DNA of 64,000 nucleotides from contig OX597833.1 of assembly GCA_951406725.2 (NCBI GenBank), positions 20,150,001 through 20,214,000 on the forward strand, written 5' to 3'. Source of the DNA: Octopus vulgaris. Taxonomy: Eukaryota. Position 1 is the first letter of the stretch, and each line of letters begins with the position of its first letter. Below the pieces are notes generated by a model. That model did not search any database and was not told where the DNA came from. It saw only the letters and a list, made by a program, of their open reading frames with translations. Position numbers and translations under genes: made by a program. Shown one piece after another: positions 54,016 to 64,000 of this stretch.

Positions 54016-54813
54016 CTCTTTACTCTTTAACTTGTTTCAGTCATTTGACTGTGGCCATGCTGGAGCACTGCCTTTAGTCAAGCACATCAACCCCAGGACT
54101 TATTCTTTGTAAGCCTAGTACTTATTCTATCAGTCTCTTTTGCTGAAGCGCTAAGTTACGGGGATGTAAACACACCAGCATCGGTTGTCAAGTGATGTTG
54201 GGGGGACAAATACAGACACAAACATATACACACATACATACATATACATATATACGACAGGCTTCTTTCAGCTTTCATCTGCCAAATCCACTCACAAGGC
54301 TTTGGTTGGTCCAAGGCTATAGTAGAAGACACTTGTCCAGGGTGACACACAGTGGGACTGAACCTGGAACCATGTAGTTAGTAAGCAAGCTACTTACCAC
54401 ACAGCCACTCCTATGCCTATATATCATCATCATCATCATTTAGCGTCCGTTTTCCATGCTAGCATGGGTTGGACGGTTCTACTGGGGTCTGTGAAGCTAG
54501 AAGGCTTCATCAGGCCCAGTCAAATCTGGCAGTGTTTCTACAGCTGGATGCCCTTCCTAACGCCAACCACTCCGTGAGTGTAGTGGGTGCTTTTTACGTG
54601 CCACCCGCACTGGTGCCAGACAGAGCTGGCAAACGGCCACGAACGGATGGTGCTTTTTATGTGCCACCGGCACGAGGGCCAGGCGAGGCTGGCAACGGAC
54701 ACGAAACGGGGCGGTGCTGGCAACGGTCGCGAAACGGAAAGTTCTCTTACATGCCACCGGCACTGGTAACACATCTGCAATTTCCATTGATCGATTTCCA
54801 TTGATCGATTTCG

Positions 54814-54815
<2 letters not shown>
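54016..54815 (-). mobile_element. Adjacent family A (54016-54419) and young family C (54424-54815) SINEs
   Basis: Homology to the reference copies. Confidence 0.85.
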
Positions 54816-54866
<51 letters not shown>

Positions 54867-54913
54867 TTGAATAATGAGAGAGGTGGAAGATGGAAGATAT
54901 AAGAATGTTTATT

Positions 54914-55021
54914 AATCACTACAACTGTTTCAACCCATCTAGTGTCGATCCTTCATGGGTGGCATACTTATCAACTGGTTCAGGAGTATCTGATGGAGTT
55001 GATGTGTCTCTTCGGGTGATT
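54914..55021 (-). ncRNA. Type I hammerhead motif with long stem II insert, core CCGAAGA
   Basis: AAUCAC-CCGAAGA-GACaCAUC..GAUGgGUU-GAAA-CAGUUG-UA-GUGAUU-AAUAAA. Confidence 0.65.
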
Positions 55022-55908
55022 ACAAGATGTATCTCATCAAAATAACAACTGTTCCACAAAATATCTTCTCAGTTTGTTTATACGAAAACAGCAAATTAAA
55101 AGATACAGTTTCATTTTTATATAGGATCAATAATAAATAACAGATGCAAAAAGTAAGAAATACACAATGCAGCAAAAAAAGTATTAAACATAACCATTAA
55201 CAGATATGGATATTTAAAAGCCTTCGCTTACGTTGTATGGCGCACATACATTCGATCATACAAACATCCAAGAATATATAAGCACACACACACATGGTTT
55301 GGTGTACATATGCTCACACGTTGAATTAAATATATCATCATCATCATCGTTTAACATCCGTTTTCCATTCTAGCATGGGTTGGATGGTTCGACAGGGGTC
55401 TGGGAAGCCAGAAGGCTGCACCAGGCTCCACTGTGATCTGGCAGTGTTTCTACAGCTGGATGCCCTTCCTAACGCCAACCACTCCTTGAGTGTAGTGGGT
55501 GCTTTTTACGTGCCAGGCGAGGCTGGCAATGGCCACAATTGGTTGGTGCTTTTTACGTGCCACCAGCACAGGGATCACAACTGCAATTTCCATTGATTTT
55601 TGGTGTTGATGTACTTGACTCAATAGGTCTCCTCAAGCACAGGGTCAAAACGGTGTTTCTTTACTTGCCACCTGCACAGGAGTCAGTCCAGCGACACTGG
55701 CAACTGCCAGGTGCCAGTCATAGGATTGGTTCAATTTAGACATTGGTTTGCTTGCCTAGCCAGAGGGGTGGCATCATTCAAAATTTCAAACGATGCAAAG
55801 TGCATTGTGACTAGCAATGTATAATATCTGATGGTTTAATTGATCGTGTGATATATACATACATACCCAATGCACGTGTGCACATGCTTTTATATATATA
55901 TATATAAC

Positions 55909-56104
55909 ATGTGACCTCGTGAGCACCGCCAGCAATTTTTTTTCCTCTGTCTTCCCTTCTCAGGATCTTTCATTCTCCTTTGTTTCTGATGAAGAGCTCC
56001 GCTTGAAACGTTAAACCCTCCTTCCCTGAGCGTCCAATAATACTTTATTTGTTCCACGTCCTCGCGTTGCTGTGTTTTTTTGTGTTTTCTTGTTTGGATT
56101 AACT
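55909..56104 (+). mobile_element. ~200-bp hammerhead-bearing mini-element in (TA)n
   Basis: Homologous to 32288-32490; TA repeats on both sides. Confidence 0.8.
55982..56016 (+). ncRNA. Minimal type I hammerhead motif
   Basis: GUUU-CUGAUGA-A-GAGC-ucc-GCUU-GAAACGU-U-AAAC with palindromic ACGU stem III. Confidence 0.7.
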
Positions 56105-56676
56105 ATATATATATATATGCAGATGGTGGTGATGATGATGATGAGATATACACACCAATATGGATAAAGGCTTGGATAACGTAGGCAGATTTAATGATAA
56201 AGAACAGACATGTATGACCTTTCACGGATTTAATACATTATTTGGTAGTCTACAATAAAACTATTTTTAACAGACAGATAATAAAGATAAAAAAATGGAA
56301 TGCCAATCCAAATGCCATTTGTTTTTCTTTGTTTTAGTTGGAGATACATCTATATAAATAATATTATATAATCTAGACACAAGTGCTTGATTCATCTCTC
56401 TGGGATTATTAAAACTAGTTCAGGTCATAAATAGAGCACAAACAACACAAACCTCTTAAATGCATTGAGATTGAGGTCAAATTATTCCTCCTACACAGTT
56501 TCGTCTAATCTTTTGAGGTAACTGAAACTAGCACAGGTCATCATTCTGACGAAATAAGCTTGTTGCCTTTAGAAAGAAATCAGTATTGCATTCACATAAT
56601 TTTATCAGGATTCTTGTTTTTTATGCTTTGGTCCACAAACAATATACATTGGGTGGAAACCATACAAACTATCAAG

Positions 56677-56679
<3 letters not shown>

Positions 56680-56720
<41 letters not shown>

Positions 56721-56769
56721 GATACATACATACATACACACATACATATATACACACATATATACATAC

Positions 56770-56806
<37 letters not shown>

Positions 56807-57192
56807 CACATACATATATATATACACATATATATATATATACACATATATACATACATATATACACATATATACACATATATATATACATACACATATA
56901 TATATACATACACATATATATACATACACATATATATACATACACATATATATACATACACATATATATACATACACATATATATACATACATATATATA
57001 CATACACATATATACATACACATATATACATACACATATATACATACACATATATACATACACATATATACATACACATATATACATACATATATATATA
57101 TATACATACATATATATATACATACATATATATATACATACATATATATATACATACATATATATATACATACATATATATATACATACATA

Positions 57193-57232
<40 letters not shown>

Positions 57233-57329
57233 CATACATATATATATACATAAATATATATACATACATATATATATATACATATATATATACACATACA
57301 TATATATATACACATACATATATATATAC

Positions 57330-57360
<31 letters not shown>

Positions 57361-57361
57361 C

Positions 57362-57392
<31 letters not shown>

Positions 57393-57399
57393 CACATAC

Positions 57400-57438
<39 letters not shown>

Positions 57439-57439
57439 C

Positions 57440-57470
<31 letters not shown>

Positions 57471-57477
57471 CACATAC

Positions 57478-57516
<39 letters not shown>

Positions 57517-57522
57517 CATACA

Positions 57523-57554
<32 letters not shown>

Positions 57555-57658
57555 CATATATACACATACATATATACACATACATATATATATATATATA
57601 CACATACATACATATATATATATATACACATACATACATATATATATATATATACACA

Positions 57659-57694
<36 letters not shown>

Positions 57695-57706
57695 TATATA
57701 TACACA
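56680..57706. repeat. ~1-kb compound (TA)n/(TACA)n/(CA) microsatellite
   Basis: Read directly from sequence; source of the 350-386 aa spurious ORFs. Confidence 0.97.
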
Positions 57707-59265
57707 CATCATCATCATTATTATTATTATCATGTATATAGCATGATCTTCAAACTTTGGGCCTCACGGAGGCAATAACAAGTGACCAAGATCTTTGGCG
57801 ATATGCCATGCTTGAGAAGACCCGTCAGGCCAAGTAAAATCATAGTCATGGCCAATGCTTGTGTCTCATAACTGGCACAAAAAAAGCACCCTTTGAACGT
57901 TGGATGATATGCTGTGCTTGAGAAAACCCATCAAGCCAAGTAAGATCATAGTTGTGGCCAATGCCAGTTTTACATACCTGGTGCCCATGATGGTGGCACA
58001 TAAAAAGCACCCACTACACTCTTGGAGTGGTTGGCATTAGGAAGGGCATCCAGCGGAAGAAACCATACCAAATTAGGTTGGAACCTGGTGCAGCTCTCCA
58101 GTTTACCAAACCATCCAGCCCATGCTGGCATGGAAAACAGACATTAAATAACGATGATGATCATCATCATCATCACTTAATGTCCATCTTCCATGCCTGT
58201 AGGATACAGTAGGCAGGGCAGTGAGGGTAAGAAAGGGGATGTAGAAAAACTATCTTAGCCTACTGTATCTGTTTTGGCAAGGATTTTGTAGCTGGATGCC
58301 CTTCCTAACACCAACCACTCTGCAGAGTGAACTCAGTGCTTTTTACATAGCACTAGCACAGGTGAGGTTAGTTTTGGTATGAAATTTTTTACAGCTGGAT
58401 GCCCTTCTAAATGCCAACCATGTTAGTGTGGACTGGATGCTTTTAACATGGCACCAGCACTGGCAGGGTAACCAAGTAACTTGCAAGACAAGGAATTATG
58501 AGAGAGGCAGGGGCATGTGAGAAAGAGAACTTGTGTCAGAGGATGAAAGATTAGAGTGTGACAAAGAGACAGAGAGACAGAAGTAGGTGTTTGCTACAAC
58601 AGAGGAGGCATTAGAGGAGGTAACCTAATATCAGATGATGAAAGGTTAGAATTTAACAGAGAAATAGAGAGGCAGAAATAGGTGTCTTGCTATAGTGGGG
58701 AAGGGGTACATGGTTCCCTAGTGTGATAGAGAGAGAGAGAGACAAGAGATAGAGAGTGAGAGAGAGGTACAAGAAAGAGGCCAGAAACAAGTGTGCTGAT
58801 GTAAAGGAAATACTTGGTTATCTAGTCAGAGGAAAAACAAGGAGGGAAAGAGAGAGAGAGAGAGAGAGAGTACGAAACAGTAAAAGTATAAGTGAGAGCA
58901 GAAGAAAGTTGGTGTAGTGCTAGGGTTTACTCACAAGTAACAAGAATGTGAGCATAGAACCTGGGTAGAAAAATAGGGTGTGGGTAGGGGTGGAGGAAGC
59001 AGCGATACAGTGAGCAGGGCAGTGAGAGTAAGAAAGGGGATTGGAAAGCACTTATAGTTTATGAAGAAGAAATGTGAGGAAGAGAAAGATGCAGTTTAGA
59101 AGAGGAGTTGTAGTTCAGTTTCTTAGGGTAGAGTGGGTGGAAAGTGTGTTGTTACATGTGGGTGGGACACAACTCTTCTAGCACTCAGTTTCATGGACGG
59201 GTCTTCTCTAGAACCTCATATAACCAAACATCTCAGTCCATTGTCATTTCCTCTGAGAGCCCCAA

Positions 59266-59363
59266 CATCCTCAGAACTTATTGATAATACAGAAGATGCA
59301 CCCAATAACTACACTTACACCGGGGGTTACTATTCTGCTAAGAAAGAAATCATAGATCTGATT
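59266..59363 (+). pseudogene. Short degraded alpha-tubulin-like fragment
   Basis: HP..LI..EDAPNNYTYTGGYYSAKKEIIDLI vs conserved alpha-tubulin [31 protein letters not shown]. Confidence 0.55.
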
Positions 59364-60173
59364 AATGAAAATATTAACCCATCAGCATTTAAACCAGCTA
59401 TCATCATCATCATCATCATCATCATCATCGTTTAACATCCGTTTTCCGTGCTAGCATGGGTTGGACGGTTCAACTTGGGTCTGGGAAGCCTGAAGGCTAC
59501 ACCAGGCCCAGTCTGATCTGGCAGTGTTTCTACAGCTGGATGCCCTTCCTAACGCCAACCACTCCGTGAGTGTAGTGGGTGCTTTTTACGTACCACCAGC
59601 ACGGGTGCCAGACGAGGCTGGCAAACGGCCACAATCGTATGGTACTTTTTACATGCCACCGGCACGGAGACCAGACGAGGCTGGCAATGGCCACAATTGG
59701 ATGGTGGTTTTTATGTGCCACCAGCACAGAGGCCAGTCAGGGCGGTGCTGGCTACGGCCACGTGCTGGCTATAGTCTACCTGTTTTATGTTAAAACCAAT
59801 CAGATCTGGTTTCTCATGCTTAGCCTACAATGTAATTCTAAAAAATAATAATTACATCATCAAAACCTCAAAGTTATGAGATGATGCATGATAAATTCAA
59901 AACAATATGATTAAATAAGCATTAAATTTGACTGAGTAATCTGAATGTTAAAGGGTTAATGAAGTAACAAAGCAATGCATTGGTTTCTTGTGAGGTTTCT
60001 TGATTTGATTTCCAACTATTTCAGAGTGGGAACACTGTTTCTGAGTTCACATCCCTATTGGATTAACTATTTTAGTGTTGATTATACAAAAACTAAACTA
60101 GGCTTTGGTTTAGTTTTCACTTCATCTTTCAACTCACTTCCCTCTTTAGGGCCAGAAAATACTGTAGATGATG

Positions 60174-60563
60174 ACTCTTTTACTTGTTTCAGTCATTTGA
60201 CTGTGGCCATGCTGGAGCACACCTTTAGTTGAGCAAACCCCAGGACTTATTCTATCAGTTGCTTTGCAAAACCGCTAAGTTACGGGGACGTAAACACACC
60301 AGCATCGGTTGTCAAGTGATGTTATGGGAAAAAACACAGACACACAAACATATACACACACACATACATACATACATATATATATATATATATGTGTGTG
60401 TGTGTATACATACATATATATGATGGGCTTCTTTTAGTTTCCGTCTACCAAATCTACTCACAAGGCTTTGGCTTACAAAGAATAAGTCCTGGGGTCGATT
60501 TGTTTGACTAAAGGCGGTGTTCCAGCATGGCCACAGTCAAATGACTGAAACAAGTAAAAGAGT
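60174..60563. mobile_element. Fused inverted family A SINE (minus copy joined to a plus-strand 3' end)
   Basis: Orientation switch at AAGGCTTTG|GCTTACAAAG (~60470). Confidence 0.85.
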
Positions 60564-60655
60564 ATACATAACATTGTAATTGTATTTTTTCAAAATTCTT
60601 ACTAATCTAATAAGAAAACCATATAATAATTAAAATAAGCACGTAAATCACCCAC

Positions 60656-60695
60656 CAAAGTAAATTTGTTCACATAGATCATCCGGAGAGCAGGA
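60656..60695 (-). other. Candidate 40-nt exon (or 3' end of a longer exon starting at 61133)
   Basis: Acceptor tttactttgtgttag|TCCTG, donor ACTTTG|gtgggt. Confidence 0.3.
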
Positions 60696-61006
60696 CTAAC
60701 ACAAAGTAAACTAAAATCTGACCTAAAAGTAATTTCCTTTAAATTGTAGATCACACGGCAAAGTGGTACGTTTCTTTTTCTTAAGAAATGAGGTGAATTT
60801 AGTGCTGGTTTCTTGTAAAAATGCAACTGCTTACTGGTTTCTAGTAAAAGGTCAACTACCTTCAGCTCATTGTTGATCAAATTGTAAAAATCTTTAGCCA
60901 ACATCTTAAGGGATTTTAGAAATTGAAAACAAAACTAAAAGTAACTTAAAGTAATCTTCCTTGGAGATCACACACCAAAAGAGCACCAATCTATCTATCT
61001 ACTAAC

Positions 61007-61133
61007 CGTCTTTCTTCCCAAAGTCTTCTTTCCTCAGAGTACCAGCCCTCTGGTATTCCCTTCCATTTTATGCAAGTAACTTTCTGTTATCCGATATGAA
61101 TATCAGTTTATGATCTCATCAGTCTCAGAAGAA
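61007..61133 (-). other. Candidate non-coding (5'UTR) exon
   Basis: Long polypyrimidine tract then ttactgatttaattcag|TTCTT, donor GACG|gttagt, purine-rich body, stops in all frames. Confidence 0.4.
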
Positions 61134-61525
61134 CTGAATTAAATCAGTAAAAAAAAAAAAAGAAAGAAAAATCGAAGATTTAAAAACAAAAATTATGTAT
61201 GCATTTGGTGCCCACATATATATGGTGCAATATCATCAGATCAATAATTATAAGTAATGGAAAATTTCATCAGCATTCTATTGGCAATCACTGGCACTTT
61301 TCCGTTTTGTTTCATACATGATAGATAATTTTCTGAATATTACAAATGAAAAAAAAAACATGTTTTTTTAATTCCCTTCACGTATTTAAAATAAATATAT
61401 GGCAAGAGAAAGGAAAAAAAAGTACATTTTCCTTCTCTTTCTTCTTGATTGGATAATGTTTGGATATAAATCTATAAAAGAACAGCTTATACACACACAC
61501 ACACACACACAAACACATAAATACA

Positions 61526-61929
61526 TTCTTTTTTATTCTTTTATTCTTTTACTTGTTTCAGTCATTTGACTGTGGCCATGCTGGAGCACTGCCTTTAGTG
61601 GAGCAAATCGACCCCGGGACTTATTCTTTGTAAGCCCAGTACTTATTCTATCGGTCTCTTTTGCCGAACCGCTAAGTGACGGGGACATAAACACACCAGC
61701 ATCGGTTGTCAAGCAATGCTAGGGGGACAAACACACACACACACACACATATATACATATATACGACAGGCTTCTTTCAGTTTCCGTCTACCAAATCCAC
61801 TCACAAGGCATTGGTCGGCCCGGGGCTATAGCAGAAGACACTTGCCCAAGATGCCACGCAGTGGGACTGAACCCGGAACCATGTGGTTGGTTAGCAAGCT
61901 ACTTACCACACAGCCACTCCTGCGCCTAT
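61526..61929 (-). mobile_element. Young full-length family A SINE
   Basis: Near-identical reverse complement of 2270-2690. Confidence 0.9.
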
Positions 61930-61964
61930 ATATACATATACACACACATGTGCATAAGTATGTG

Positions 61965-62010
<46 letters not shown>

Positions 62011-62425
62011 CATGCATATACATTAAAACATACATACATGCATACGCTTCTTTCATGGACAGATTAAGCGTAATTTTTCTAAAGTTTTATTTTATGTTTC
62101 TTTTAAAGAAGTTTTGCAGCTACTGAGAGAATAAATAAATGAATAATTAAATATTTGAATTAGTTAATATATTAACAATCAAAATGAGATGAAAGTGACA
62201 AACAAAATCAACAAATAATCAAGCAAACTTTTTGAAATCAAATACATTCGCATCAAATTAAATAATGAATATTGAATTTTTGTTTTCTATTAACCACACC
62301 CAGCAACTGCATGTGTCATCATTATCATCATCATCATGAAATATGTAGGCATAGATACATCTGTGTGCAGATGTGTAAATATATACATGTATATGTTTGT
62401 ATAAATGTATATATATTATATATAT

Positions 62426-62462
<37 letters not shown>

Positions 62463-62625
62463 CTGTATTTATATATACATATTTAGATATACATATATAT
62501 ATGTTTGAGCACTATGCACAATAATTTCATTATATATATATATAAATTATGTTTGTATATATTATGAATGTTTATATATATATATATATAACGTATGTTT
62601 ATATATATACACACACGTATGTATG

Positions 62626-62661
<36 letters not shown>

Positions 62662-62747
62662 TATATATATATAATAATAAATAATAAATGTATTGGCTTA
62701 AGTTTTTCATTGTATGATTTGCCTAATAGTGGTTTCATCTCTCTAAT

Positions 62748-62796
<49 letters not shown>

Positions 62797-63364
62797 GTGT
62801 ATATATACATATATAAATAGTATGTTTTACTTTCACAATTAGCGCTGCAAATTGAACCAACATTAAAGAGGTACTGGTTCAGGGTGGTTATCTGACCTGA
62901 ATTCAGTTCTCATTGATACTTCGGTTCTCAGAAATTGATTGATTTTACTATTTGCACAAAGGAAGGAAGGAAGAAAGGAAAGGAGGAAGAAAGAGAGGAC
63001 AGAATAAAGCACTTGATGGTAGATAGTAGCCAGAGATAGAAAGAATAATAGGTTGAGAATAATCCCAGATGTAAAGCAATTAAGAATCGTTTTATAAGAG
63101 ATGATATGAAATAAAACTCACAAAGAAAAATTACTGAAAAATATTTGTTTAGTCTCGGTACAACTTTGATCAAGCTGACCTCCGTTCAAAGATATTCCAG
63201 CTGTGACCATGCCGTCAAACACAGTATATTTACAACTACGTTATTCAATGTTTATTGGGGGTTCCCTCTTCTTTCTTTCTTTCTTTTTTCCTGTTTTTTT
63301 TTTTTTTTAATGTAGTAGGATATGATTTGAGAGAAATTCGGTTGATATTTCTGGTAGATCTAAC

Positions 63365-63775
63365 GGATCTTTTCGGTTTGAACGGCAGTTTTTAAAAATA
63401 ATTTCCACGTAACTAAACACTTTTAAACTTCGTATACTGGTAGAATGTGTTTATAAAACATCTTTTTCTCTCGGCTTTATTGAGAAAATTCTATGGTTTG
63501 TAAGATATATGTTGTTGTTTTTTTCTTCAATTTCTACAATTTCAACCAATCACTGACTTCTATTGAGGTGAAAACATTCTGTGCCGTATGAATATGTTCC
63601 TAGTTTAAGAAACAGATTGGGTTTATTTACATTTCTCAAGAAAAAAAGATACCCTTAACCAACCCTAACCCTAAATCAAATTGAAATGCAATAGATCGAT
63701 ACTAGGGTCATAATTATGGGTGACAATTTCATATAACACCGCTAGAAAAAACTGCCGTTCAAACCGAAAAGATCC
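63365..63775. mobile_element. MITE with 29-bp TIRs and 8-bp TSD (Merlin-like GG..CC termini)
   Basis: TIR GGATCTTTTCGGTTTGAACGGCAGTTTTT at both ends; TSD GATCTAAC at 63357-63364 and 63776-63783. Confidence 0.9.
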
Positions 63776-63929
63776 GATCTAACAACTACCGCCTGTCAGT
63801 AAACAGATATCCTAATGAAAAAGATTGTGTTAGGAATTCACGTAATGGCTAATTTACCAGTATTCTCTGTAGTTTGTAATTGAATTATATTCAATTATAT
63901 CACCTGTATTGGGTACTACTTAAGAAGAG

Positions 63930-64000
63930 TGGTCCCGGTGCGCGCACTCGCGCATCTGCACTAGCTAGTCATGACTAGTCGATCCTACAACGACTACCTG
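63930..64000. promoter_or_regulatory. CpG-enriched edge, possibly promoter- or first-exon-proximal
   Basis: Abrupt CpG cluster (CCCGGTGCGCGCACTCGCGCA) in a CpG-poor window; truncated by the window end. Confidence 0.25.

Noticed and set aside
56586-57746. 350-386 aa ORFs, plus similar ORFs at 5.5-6.1, 14.5-15.2, 28.8-29.4 and 33.7-34.2 kb
   Set aside because: Translations of stop-free TA/CA microsatellites on both strands; not proteins
60602-60904. 100-aa minus ORF ending KFTLVGD, reminiscent of a small-GTPase N-terminus
   Set aside because: No GxxxxGK[ST] P-loop follows and no recognisable homology; kept only as a uORF candidate

Overview
AT-rich, repeat-saturated eukaryotic DNA. The SINE families and the (TA)/(CA)/(TACA) microsatellite load match what I recognise from coleoid cephalopods, most likely Octopus (inference, no database search). 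There is no intact protein-coding ORF; nearly all ORF-track entries are microsatellite or SINE artefacts. The window looks mostly intronic, with tentative minus-strand exons at ~61.0-61.1 kb, ~60.7 kb and 15639-15693 and CpG-rich sequence at the right edge. It holds dozens of tRNA-derived SINE copies from at least four families, Tc1/mariner relics (one with DD37D spacing), TTAA, TA and 8-bp-TSD MITEs, a Helitron, a Helentron-type element, two solo LTRs, RTE LINE fragments and a short alpha-tubulin-like fragment. The most notable signal is five minimal type I hammerhead ribozyme motifs from four unrelated short Penelope-like/retrozyme-like element families, mostly next to (TA)n tracts. One has a G3-C8 swapped core (GUGAACA) and lies in a 96-bp foldback.
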